DNA from: Chiloscyllium plagiosum
Taxonomy: Eukaryota
Direction: 5' to 3'
Length of the DNA stretch: 28,703 nucleotides
Assembly: GCF_004010195.1 (NCBI RefSeq)
Contig: NC_057718.1
Span: 66,960,179-66,988,881, forward strand
The notes under the pieces are model-generated. The model had not been told where the DNA came from, made no database searches, and saw only the letters and a list, made by a program, of their open reading frames with translations. The position numbers and the translations under genes were made by a program. Positions within the stretch are counted from its first letter, which is position 1. Every line of letters begins with the position of its first letter. Of this stretch, positions 9,778 to 20,197 are shown one piece after another.

Positions 9778-10806
9778 ACTGGAATCAATGGGAATCTGGG
9801 AGCAAACTCTCTGGTGGCTAGAGTCACACCTGACCCATAGGAAGATGGAAATGGTTATTGGACGTCAATCATCTCGGCTCCAGGACATCTCTACAGGAGT
9901 TCTTCACGGTTGTGTCCGAGGCTCAACCATCTTCAGCTGCTTCATCAATGATCTTCCCTCCATCATAAGGGCAGAAGTAGGCATGTTTGCTGATGATTGC
10001 ACAATATGCAACATCATTCGTGAGTCCTCAGATACTGAAGCAGTCCATGTAAAAATGCAACATGATCCAGACAATATCCAGGCTTGGGCTGACAAGTGGC
10101 AAGTGACATTTGTGCCATACAAATGCCAGGCTATGACCATTACCAATAAGAGACATTCTAACCACCACCCCTTGATATTAAATGTTACCATCACTGAATC
10201 CCCCACTGTCAACATCCTCAGAGTTATCATTGACCAGAAACTCAACTGGAATCACCATATAACCACAGTAGCTATAAGAGTAGGTCAGTGGCTAGGAATA
10301 CTGCGGTGAGTAACACACCTCCTGATTCCCCAAAGCCTGTCCACCATCTATAAGGCACAAGTCAGGGGTATGATGGAATACTCCCCATTTACCTGGATGA
10401 GTGCAGCCCCAACAACACTCAAGATGCTTGACACCATCCAGGACAAACCTGCCTGCTTGATTGGCACTACATTCACAAGCATCCATTCCCTTCACCAGTG
10501 GCAGCAGTGTGTACTTTCTCCAAGATGCTCTGTGAAAATTCACCAAATATCCGCAGACAACACCTTCCAAACCCACAACCACGTCCATATAGAAGAACAA
10601 ATGCAGCAGATTTATGGAAACACCATCACCTTCAAGTTCCCCTCCAAATCACTCACCATCCTGACTTGGAAATATATTGCCGTTCTTCCATTGTCACTGA
10701 GTTAAGATTCAGGAATTCCCTCCCTAATGTCGTTGTGAGTCAACCCACAGCAGGTGGATTGCAATAAATGCAGTGATACCCACATCCCACCAAATTAATA
10801 AAAAAA
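9778..10806 (+). mobile_element. second-lineage CR1-clade LINE, 5'-truncated, A-rich tail
   Basis: ORF 9770-10309 has FINDLPS..MFADDCT..WADKWQVTF..KCQAM..IDQKLNW; MEYSP..LDTIQDK follows. Ends cccacatccc..aataaaaaaa. Possible TSD ggcaaa at 9772-9777 and 10807-10812. Confidence 0.9.
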
Positions 10807-10925
10807 GGCAAACAAGGTTATGAGAATGAGGTGAGTAAAAGGCATTGAAGTTTTTGACCAGCTATGATTTTATTGAATGGTGGGGTAGGCTCAATTGGGG
10901 AATGGCCTATTTCTGTTCCTTTGCC
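10807..10925 (+). mobile_element. 3' tail of the CR1 at 9165-9777
   Basis: aaggttatg...cagctatgattttattgaatggtggggtaggctc...aatggcctatttctgttcct, a CR1-type 3' UTR. Confidence 0.7.
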
Positions 10926-11214
10926 CATAAAACTATTCACATGTTCCCAAGGTTATATGATGTCTGATGGGGCTTCATTAATCCTCTGTCTCCATCCCAA
11001 CAATATGGAATGTGGCTACATAGTGATTAAATTTATTAGCCTTTTCTTAAGTTTCAGTCAATCTTCTTGTTTTGGTTAGAACCTTTTGTTTAACAAAATC
11101 AAAGTCATAAAATCAGCAATTAAAAGTTAATATTTATAAACATGCCTTCATAACAACACTAACCAGATGGAATATTTTCATCTCAGCATCTTGGAAACAT
11201 CTAAAGTAAGCCTC

Positions 11215-11391
11215 CTTTTTTGTTCTGGAGTCCTGCTTTTGAGAACATTCTTCCTGTACCTAACCTGCCTATTATTGTTAGAAATTTTATAGGTTTATAT
11301 GAGATCCCCCTCTGAACTCCAGCAAATATAATTCTAACTGATTCATTCTCTTCTCATACATTAGTCCTGCCATCACAGGAATCAATCTGGT
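11215..11391 (-). mobile_element. old CR1 3' coding fragment
   Basis: Reverse strand accagattgattcctgtgatggcaggactaatgtatgagaagaga (TRLIPVMAGLMYEKR), homologous to 9482-9510 and 18450-18495. Confidence 0.75.
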
Positions 11392-11904
11392 TGTAGGGTG
11401 TAAGATAGTAATGAATATATATATATAATTCAGAATCAAGGGATCTCACTCTTGAGTATGTACGTATGTCTTGACTTCAGCCTTTTTGAAGTAGTCAGAA
11501 TGAGTTCAACTAATTTTGCAGTATGGCAGGAGAGCCCAAGTTAGCCCAGTCTGTCCAAAGATGAGTTAGAGATTGAACTTTCAAGACATTTTTTCTTAGA
11601 CTAAACCAGAGATGCTTGTAAATAGACAGCACAAGCAGTCAGCTGTGAATGTTCACTGCCTAATCAGTCAGCTATGCAGTTCATTGCTCCTTTTTTTCAT
11701 CTCCCACATGGTACCTGCTCTCTTTCTTTCCTCCCCATTTAAAGGTGCCAAAGTTCCAAATTAATATAACAATGGAGCAGTAACTACTGCTCCAAGACAT
11801 CAAGGAAATCAGCTCCAACACGGAAAGAAACCTCAAAAAAGGAGCAGCTCTTACAGCCACAATTTTCACACATCCTCCATCTCAGTTCCCAGAATCCTTG
11901 TTAC

Positions 11905-12520
11905 GCTTGCCTTTAATGGTCAGTGCATTGAGTAAAGGAGTTGGGAGGTCATGGTGCAACTGTACAGGGAATTGATAAGGCCACTTTTGGGATACTGCAT
12001 TCAATGCTGGTCTACTGGCTTTATGAAAAATGTTGTGAAACTTGAAAGGATTTATGAAAGATTTTCAACAATGTTACCAGAATTGGAGTGTTCAAGCTAT
12101 AGAGAAAGGCTGAATAGGGTGGAGCCATTTTCCCTGGACTGTTGGAGGCTGAGGAGTGACTTTACAGAAGTTTATAAAATCATGAGGAACATGGATGGGG
12201 TGAACATTCAAGGTCTTTTCCCCAAAGTAGGAGAGTCTGAAACTAGATGGTATAAGTTTAAGGCGAGGGGGAAAAGATTTAAAAGGGATCTAATAGACAA
12301 TTTTTCATACAGTGGATGGTGTGTGTATGGAATGCGCTGCCAGAGGAAGTGATGGAGCCTGGTACAGGTTACAACATTTAAAAGGTATCTGGATGGATAT
12401 AGGACTAGGAAAGGTTTAGAGGGCAAATGGGACTAGATTAATTTAGGATATCTGGTTGGCATGGACAAGTTGGACCGAAGGGTCTATTTCCAAACTATAC
12501 ATCTCCATGACTCTATGACT
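11905..12520 (+). mobile_element. CR1/HER1 3' fragment
   Basis: ORF 11951-12352 QLYRELIRPLLGYCIQCW..KLERIYERF..SYRERLNR; tail (atgactct)n. Confidence 0.9.
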
Positions 12521-12674
12521 TATGGTAGAATCCAGAAAGAATGAAAGAATCTATTGACATTAGCTACGAAGGCAGGGAAATATATTTTATATGATCATGA
12601 AGAGTCATTGTCCAGCAAACCAAGATCAGGCTAATCAAATTTAAACAACAACAAAAGACTAACTAAATATGTCC

Positions 12675-14078
12675 TCACTGTCCACTGGAGTCATGCCACT
12701 GGAGCATGGCAAATGTTATTCCCTTGTTCAAGAAAGGGAATAGGGATAATCCTGGGAATTACAGACCAGCTAGTCTTACATCCGTGATTTGCAAATTATT
12801 GGAGAGGATTCTGAGAGACAGGATTTATGATTACTTGGAAAACCATAGTTTGATTAAAGATAGTCAGCATGGCTTTGTGAGGGGCAAACCTTATTGAATT
12901 CCTCGAGGATGTGACAAAACATGTTGATGACAGTAGAGCAGTGGATGTGATGTACATGGATTTTAGCAAGGAGTTTGATAAGGTTCCCCGTAATAAGCTC
13001 ATTCAGAAAGTGAGGAGGCATGGGATACAGGTACTCCTGTCTGTCTGGATACAGAGTTGGCTGGCTCATAGAAGACAGAGGGTGGTGGTAGATGGAAAGT
13101 GTTCAGCCCGGAGCTCAGTGACCAGAGGTGTTCTTCAGGGATCCATTCTGGGACCTCTGCTCTTTGTGAATTTTATAAATGACTTGGATGAGGAAGTAGA
13201 AGGGTAGGGTAGTATGTTTGCCGATGACATGAAGGTTGGTGGAGTTGTGATAGTGTGGAGGGCTGTTGTAAGTTGCAACGAGACATTGACAGGATGCAGA
13301 ACTGGGCTGATAAATGGCAGTTGGAGTTCAACCTGAAAAAGTGTGACGTGATTCATTTTGGAAGGTAGAATTTGAACGCAGAATACAGGATTAAAGGCAG
13401 GATTCTTGGCAGTCTGAAGGAACAGAGGGATCTTGGGGACCATGTCCATAGATCCCTCAAAGTTGCCAACCAGGTTGATAGGGTTGTTAAAAAGGCATAT
13501 GGTGTGTGTGTTGGCTTTCATTATCAGAGGGATTGAGTTTAAGAGCCGTGAGGTTATGCTGCAGTTCTATAGAGTCCTGGTGAGAGCACACTTGGAATAT
13601 TGTGTTCAGATCTGGTCACCTCATTATAGGAAAGATGTGGAGGGTGCAGAGCAGATTTGCCAGGATGCTGCCTGGATTGGAGGGCATGTCTTATGAAGAA
13701 AGGTTGAGGGAACAAGGGCTTTACTCATTGGAGCGAAGAAGGATGAGAAGTGACTTGATAGAAATGTACAAGATGTTGAGAGGCATAGATAGAGTGGATT
13801 GTCAGAGACTTTTTCCCATGGTGGAAATATCTATCATAATTTTAAGGTAATTGGAGGAATGTTTAGGGGAGATGTCAGAGGTAGGTTCTTTACTCAGTGG
13901 GTGCGTGGAATGCACTGCCAGCAATGGTAGTACACCCAGAATATTAGGGTCTTTTAAATGACTCTTGGATAGGCACATGGAAGTTAATATAATAAAGAGT
14001 ATATAGATTAGTCTGATCTTAGAGTAGGATAAAATGCCGACACAACATCAAGGGCCGAAGGATATGTACTGTGCTATA
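12675..14078 (+). mobile_element. CR1/HER1 LINE, 5'-truncated; terminal tail displaced to 17320-17334
   Basis: ANVIPLFKKG..PGNYRP..QHGFV, YMDFSKEFDKVP, GVLQGSILGPLLF..INDL, FADD, HLEYCVQIWSPHY. Ends tgtactgtgctata. Confidence 0.95.
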
Positions 14079-14450
14079 GAAGAAAGAACAAAAAAACAAA
14101 TAAAGTTTACAGCCCAGGAACAGGCCCTTCGGCCCTCCAAGCCTGAGCCAATTCAAATGTACTGTCTAAACCTGTCGGTCAATTCCTAAGCATTTGTATC
14201 CCTCTGCTCTCCATCTTCTCATGCATCTGTCCAGACGCATCTTAAATGAATCTACCATGCCTGCCTCTACCACTTCTGCTAGTAACGCGCTTCAGATGCC
14301 CCAGCCCTCTGTGTGAAGTACTTGCTGCGTGTATCCCCCTTAAACTTTCCATCTCTCACCTTGAAAGCATGACCTCTCGTTACTGAATCCTTCACCCTGG
14401 GAAAAGCTTGTCTCTATCCACCCTGTTTAAACCCTTCATGATTTTGTAAA

Positions 14451-14552
14451 CAGGTCCCCCCTCAATCTCCTTTTTTCTAGTGAAAATAAACATAACCTAC
14501 TCAGGTCCCCCCTCAATCTCCTTTTTTCTAGTGAAAATAAACATAACCTACT
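14451..14552. repeat. perfect 51-bp tandem duplication
   Basis: 14451-14501 is identical to 14502-14552. Confidence 0.97.
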
Positions 14553-14564
14553 CAACCTCTCTTC

Positions 14565-17015
14565 TTAGCTAGCACCTTCCATACCAGACAACACCCTCAT
14601 AAACCTTCTCCGCACCCTCTCCAAAGCATCCACATCCTTTTGATAATGTGGCGACCAGAACTGTACACAGTATTCTAAATGCGGCTGAACCAATGTCCTG
14701 TACAATTTTAACATGACTTGCCAGCTCTTGTACTCAGTACCCCATCCAATGAAGGCAAGCATACTATATGCCTTCTTGACCACTTTATCCACCTGTGCAA
14801 CAACCTTCAGGGTACAATGGACCTCCATTCCCAGATCTCTCTGCCCATCAACTTTTCCCAAGGGTCTTCCGTTCATTGTATAATTTGCTCTCGAATTAGT
14901 CTTACCTAAGTGCATCACCTCGCATTTGTCTGGATTGAAATCCAGCTGCCACTTTTCCACCCAACTCTCCAGTCTATCTATGTCCTCCTGTATTCTTTGA
15001 TAGTCCCTTATGCTTTCTGCTACTCCACCAATCTTCGTGTCATCTGCAAACTTGCTGATCATACCAACAGTGCCCTCTTCCAGATCATTTATGTATATTA
15101 CAAACAACAGTGGCCACAACACTGACCCCTGTGGAACACCACTGGTCACCTTTCTCCATTTCGAGAAAAACTTCCTTCAACTATTACTCTCTATCTCCTG
15201 TTGCTCAACCAGTTCTTTATCCACCTAGCTAGAACACCCTGCACACCATGTGACTTCACTTTCTCCATTAGTCTACCATGGGGAACTTCATCAAATGCCT
15301 TACTAAAGTCCATGTATATGACATCAACAGCCCTTCCTTCATCTATCAACTTGGTCACTTCCTCAAATAAATCTATTAAGTTGGTAAGGCACGATCTCCC
15401 TGCACAAAACCATGTTGCCTATCACTGACAAGCCCATTTTTTTCTAATTATAAATAGATCCTATCCCTCAGTACTCTCTCCAACACCTTTCCCACCACCG
15501 ACATCAGGCTCACTAGTCTGTAGTTACCCAGAATGTCCCTACTACCCTTCTTGTAAAGGGGTACAACATGAGCAACCTTCCAGTCCTCTGGCACCTCATC
15601 TGTATTTATGGATGCCACAAAAATATCTGCCAGGGCCCCAGCTAATTCTTCTCTTGCCTCCCTCAGCAACCTGGGATAGATCCCATCCAGTCCTGGGGAT
15701 TTGTCCACCTTAATAACTTCTAGTCTACCCAACACATCTTCCCTACTTATGTCAACGTGATCCAGACTAATCAAACTTCTATCTCTAATCTCAGGATTCA
15801 TCATGTTCCTCTCCTCAGTGAGCACTGATGTAAAGTAATCATTCAGAATCTCACCCACTCTCTCAGATTTGACACACAGCCTTCCTTCATTATCCTTTCG
15901 TGGACCAATCCTTTCTCTAGTTACCCGCTTGCATCTTATGTAAGAATAAAATGCTTTGGGATTCTCCCTAATTCTGCTTGCTAAAGCTATTTCATGACTC
16001 CTTTTAGCCTGCTTGATTCCTTGTTTAAGACATGTCCTACTCTTCCGATATTCTTCCAGGGACCGTTCTGTTCTCAGCTGCCTAGATCTTATGTACGCTT
16101 CCCTTTTCCTCTTGGCTAGTCGTACAATTTCTCCTGTCATCCACAGTTCACGAATCTTGCCCTTCCTATCCTTTACCTTCAACGGGACATGCCTATCCTG
16201 CATTGCCATTAACCTATCTTTGAAAGCCTCCCACATCTCAAATGTGGATTTCCCTTCAAATAGCTGTGTCCAATCCACGTTTCTGAGCTCCTGCCTAATT
16301 TTGATAGAATTGGCCTCGGCCCAGTTTAGTACTCTTCCCTTAGGACCACTCTCTTCTTTATCTATGAGTATTCTAAAACTTACAGAATTGTGGTCACTGT
16401 TCCCAAAGAAATCCCCCACCGCAACTTCTACCACCTGTCTTGGCTCATTCCCCAGTACCAGGTCCAATATGGCCCCTTCCCTCATCGGACTATTGACATA
16501 CTGCTCTAGAAAACTCTCCTGGACGCTTCTTACAAATTCTACCCCATCCAGACCTCTGACGCTAAGTGTATCCCAGTCAATGTTGGGAAAATTAAAAACT
16601 CCCATCACCACTACCCTATTGCCTCTACATCTTTCCATAATCTGTTTACCTATTTGTTCTTCTACCTCACGCTCACTGTTGGGAGGCCTGTAATACAGCC
16701 CCAACAATGTAAGTGCATCCTTCTTATTTCTCAGCTCCACCCATAATGCCTCACTACCATAAGACCTCCATAGTGTCCTCCTTTAGCATAGCCGTGATAT
16801 CATCCCTGAGCAGCAATGCAACTCCACCCCCCTTTTACTTCCCTCCCTGTACTGTCTGAAGCATCTATATCCTGGAACATTTAGTTGCCAATCATCATGC
16901 CCTTCCTTCAACCAAGTCTCTGTGATTGCAATAATGTCATACTCCCAGGCACCAATCCAAGCCCTAAGTTCATCTGCCTTACATACTATACTCTTTGCAT
17001 TAAAGTGGATTCATT
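14565..17015 (-). pseudogene. CR1 ORF2 pseudogene (AP endonuclease-reverse transcriptase)
   Basis: Open segments 15448-16740 (430 aa) and 14565-15149 (194 aa) are separated by frameshifts and stops. The N-terminal EN segment (HFNAKS..ITETWL) lies at about 16760-17015. Confidence 0.93.
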
Positions 17016-17154
17016 TCATGCCACCAGTTCTTTTGTGCTCATTTGCTCTCTGCCTGCTCTTCCTTTTATTAATGCTATCTTCATGATTCTTACAGTCTCC
17101 AGTCTCCGCGTCGCTCCTACTTGTTTTCTCTTCTGGTTCCAGTCCCCTTACACA

Positions 17155-17316
17155 TTAGTTTAAAACCTCCCCAACAGCAGTAGCAAAAACTCCCCCAAGG
17201 ACATTGATTCTGGTCTGGTTCAGATGTAGACCGTCCATTTTGTAATAGTCCCACCTTTCCCAGAACTGGTCCCAATGTCCAACAAATCTGAACCCCTCCC
17301 TCCTACACCATCTCTC
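17155..17316 (-). pseudogene. CR1 ORF1 C-terminal remnant (SGNH esterase-like)
   Basis: Manual translation ERWCRREGFRFVGHWDQFWERWDYYKMDGLHLNQTRINVLGGVFATAVGEVLN*, with the DGLH (DxxH) motif of CR1 ORF1 esterases. Confidence 0.85.
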
Positions 17317-18444
17317 ACCGTTCTATGTTCTATGCGCTACCCTTTGCTGATATTGTGCTCTATCATGCGTACTAATCTGACAATGTCAGAAGAGTATGGT
17401 TTGAGAAAAGGTAGAACATTTTAAGACCTTACAGGAAGAAAACCTATATCCACATGTCTTCGAGTAATCTTAGTATCAACAGATGACTTTCTCATTTAAT
17501 TTGTACCTGATTGCTATCATGCTGTAAAATACATAGTTAAATTCAAGAGCCTCTTCTCATTACGACTCACTAATGATTTTGCTCTACCATTATAAATCAA
17601 GTAGGGCTTTGGACCCAGTCAAGGAAAGTGGATAATGGCAGCAAATGACCATAATTACAATCTGGTCATGGTTGGGATCACCGCACATGCAAAAGTCACT
17701 CAATATTTAGATCACATGGATTAATATTTTGTCCACTGTGATGTATCTTTTTTCCAATATTCAATGCTGTCTTACTGTGCCTGGGCAATAATGTCAGCAA
17801 TGTCAAACTGCTGCTTTTAAGTACATGCTGAATTTTATTAGAAGTCAATTTCTCTTTTTGCTGGGAAAAATGTGTGGAAGAAAAGAAGAATGCATGAAGA
17901 TAGATGGAGAGGCTATTTCAGTTGGACATAAAAGAGTCAAGTTTGTGATTTGTATCATGTTTCTTTTGTATCATGTGCAGGATGACCTTTGTGTTAGCAA
18001 TCATTTGACATATTCTTAAATTGTTCCTAACCATAATCTGCAAATTAATTATGGAGCAATATGAAACCCGTATCATCTATGTTTGGTAATTGCCTTGAAT
18101 AAGAATTTCCTGCAGTTATTTATCCATGTGGAAACAACAAATGCCCATTTTTGTTACATTACATGTCCATGTGGGGAAATTTAAATGCATATTACATATG
18201 ACAAAATTTGGGCTCTTTATGTATCAAATAGTATACATGTAAACAGTTTTAATCTTCTATATACTTTTTATGTTGTATGTATAACAGTTTTGAGCAGATT
18301 ACACATGTTAGATCATTTCACTTGAGTTGAGAACAGGTTGTTAGAAGCAACTATACTGTACAATGAAACAATCCTTTGTCACCTGCGTTCAAGTGTAGCT
18401 CACACATTTAAATTAGAATTGAAATTAAAAATGTTGCGAAGCAA

Positions 18445-18670
18445 AAGTTTACCAGATTGATTCCTGAGATGGCAGATTTGTCACTATGAGGAAAGATTGG
18501 ATTGACTGATCTTGTATTCACTGCAGTTCAGAAGAATGAGAGAAAATCCCATTGAAATGTAAAAAAATACTGACAGGGCTAGACAGACTGGATGCAGTGA
18601 TAATGTTTTCCCTGATTGATGGGGTCCAGAACAAGTGGTCAAAGTCTCAGGATACATGGTAGGCCATTTT
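18445..18670 (+). mobile_element. old CR1 3' coding fragment
   Basis: tttaccagattgattcctgagatggca (FTRLIPEMA)...tccagaacaagtggtca...ggtaggccattt. Confidence 0.8.
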
Positions 18671-18687
18671 CCTTTTAGTCTATCTAC

Positions 18688-18750
18688 TCATGAGGTATGG
18701 GCATTACTGGCTGGCCAGCATTTATTGCTCATCCCTAGTTGCCTTGAAAC
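18688..18750 (-). mobile_element. tail fragment of the second-lineage LINE/SINE
   Basis: gggcattactggctggccagcatttattgctcatccctagttgccttg matches 19868-19920 and 27125-27178. Confidence 0.7.
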
Positions 18751-18849
18751 ATTGGTCGTGATCAGATCACCTACCTATTATAAAACCCTATTTTTTAAAT
18801 TCCATCATAGTCAGTGAAATATAAATCATGTTTGCTCTTCAATGGACAT

Positions 18850-19000
18850 GTTATCCCCTCTTGTTTGGATTGGCTGAACAAAATCTCAAGGTCCCATAAA
18901 AACATTATCCATTATCTGAACAATCAGTTAGCCAAACACTCAGTTATCTGAACAAGATACCGCCCACCCATCTTGTTTGGGTAATCAAGGTTATCCTGTA
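18850..19000. mobile_element. probable Tc1/mariner-pogo (Tigger-like) MITE, right end
   Basis: Ends ...taatcaaggttatcCTG followed by TA. Internal repeated ttatctgaacaa (18913-18924, 18944-18955) and inverse-like ttgtttgg units. Confidence 0.45.
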
Positions 19001-19022
19001 TCACTCCATAACTAAAATGCTC

Positions 19023-19240
19023 AACATAAGAACTTAGGAAATAATAGTAGGGGTAGACAATTCAGCCCTTTGAACCCAGTTTGTCATTCAATGTGATTAT
19101 ATCTGATCTTCTATTTCAACACATTTTCTTGAACTATGTGTATCCCTTGATATATTTGAACTTGCAAACATACATAATGGAAGCAGAAGTAGACCGTACG
19201 GCCTCTTCAATTGCTTTAATAAATGGTGGCTGATCTATTT
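19023..19240 (-). mobile_element. two old CR1 3'-tail fragments
   Basis: aacataagaa...gtagacaattcagccctttgaacc...ctgatct and ggaagcagaagtagaccgtacggcc...ggctgatct, antisense to tails such as 10860-10920. Confidence 0.55.
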
Positions 19241-19429
19241 ATGATTATTGTATTTAGAAATTTAGACTATTACGGTCATGTCTGCAGAAACCAGTGGTCA
19301 GAGAGGGGTTTCAAGATCTCATAGTATTCCAGCAAGCTGTAGTCCAACGTGTGACTAGGATTGTTGACGTACTGTCCCAGGGGAATGACAAGAGCTCCAG
19401 GAGCACACACTTGCTGTTCACTTTCAAGA

Positions 19430-19640
19430 TGATAGCTTTCATCCTCTAACTGCTATCATTTTGCCAGTGCCCATGTAGTTGCTTGTCAGCTAACAAGTCC
19501 ATACAGCTGCTGTTCATGTCACGACCGAGAAGGGTAAAGGCAGCAAGTGGATGAGAATACTATCACCCCCAAGTGACACCTCATCCTGACTTGGACATAC
19601 TTCACCATTCACATGGTCACCTGGCCCATGTCCAGTAAGG
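19430..19640 (+). mobile_element. very decayed second-lineage LINE 3' fragment
   Basis: ggcagca..gatgagaatactatcacc..catcctgacttggacata aligns with 10600-10680. Confidence 0.5.
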
Positions 19641-20107
19641 GCATTTCTTTTTATTTATTTTTGAGGTGTTATTACCCATGCCGAATAATCGCTCTTCAGA
19701 CAGTGGCAATGAACCACCTTCTTGAACTACAGCAATCCATGTGATGCAAATATGCCGACAGTTTTGTTGATGGAAGGCTGTTCCAGTATTTTGACCCAGG
19801 GAAAGTAAAGGAGTGGTGATTAAGTTTCAAGTCGGGATTGTTTGTGACTTTTTTGATTTGTACATTGATGTGGTATTTGCTGACTAGGTTAGCATTTATT
19901 GCCCATCCTTGATTGCCTTGGAGAAGTTAGTGGTGAGCTGCTTTCTTAAACTGCAGTAGTAGTTGAGGGGTAGGGGCACCCATGATGCTGTTATGAAAGG
20001 AGTTTTAGGATTTTGAAGCAGCGAAAATGAAAGAACATGAATATAGTTCTAAATCAGGATGGTATATGAACTAAAGGGGAACTTCCAGGTGGTGGTCTTC
20101 CCATGTA

Positions 20108-20197
20108 CCTGAAGAAGGGCTTATGCCCGAAACGTCGATTCTCCTGTTCCTTGGATGCTGCCTGACCTGCTGCGCTTTTCCAGCAACACATTTTCAG
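20108..20197 (+). mobile_element. 90-bp Penelope-derived insert with TSD
   Basis: ccatgta at 20101-20107 and 20198-20204. The insert is nearly identical to the reverse complement of 117-205. Confidence 0.9.
20109..20140 (+). ncRNA. minimal hammerhead core, best preserved copy
   Basis: CTGAAGA-A-GGGC-TTAT-GCCC-GAAA-CG-TC-GATT. Perfect stem II; the 5' strand of stem I is lost by truncation. Confidence 0.7.

Larger units (their letters stand above)
14079..17319 (-). mobile_element. largest CR1 LINE copy: ORF1 C-terminus, ORF2 (AP endonuclease + RT) and 3' UTR; disrupted
   Basis: ORF1 remnant 17155-17316. EN motifs FNAKS, IIAITETWL, YYRPP, VMGVFNFP, LDLVL, SDHN. RT motifs GVPQGSVL, YINDL, FADDTK, YCVQFWSP. 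Decayed agaac tail at about 14080-14100. Confidence 0.97.

Noticed and set aside
11165..11201. possible 37-nt minus-strand exon (CFQDAEMKIFHL)
   Set aside because: No pyrimidine tract; directly continues a decayed CR1 fragment.
11415..11427. (AT)n run
   Set aside because: Short, ordinary microsatellite.
14451..14552. CRISPR-like array (also 1-75 and 25498-25551)
   Set aside because: Head-to-tail duplications without unique spacers; no cas genes.
16013..16693. 226-aa plus-strand ORF and similar ORFs (4196-4666, 7918-8304, 9904-10245, 13135-13521)
   Set aside because: Antisense shadows of CR1 ORF2 with no independent protein features.
14565..16740. RT plus nuclease as a retron, DGR, group II intron or defence system
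   Set aside because: Motifs are those of vertebrate CR1 non-LTR retrotransposons, in many broken copies and a eukaryotic context.
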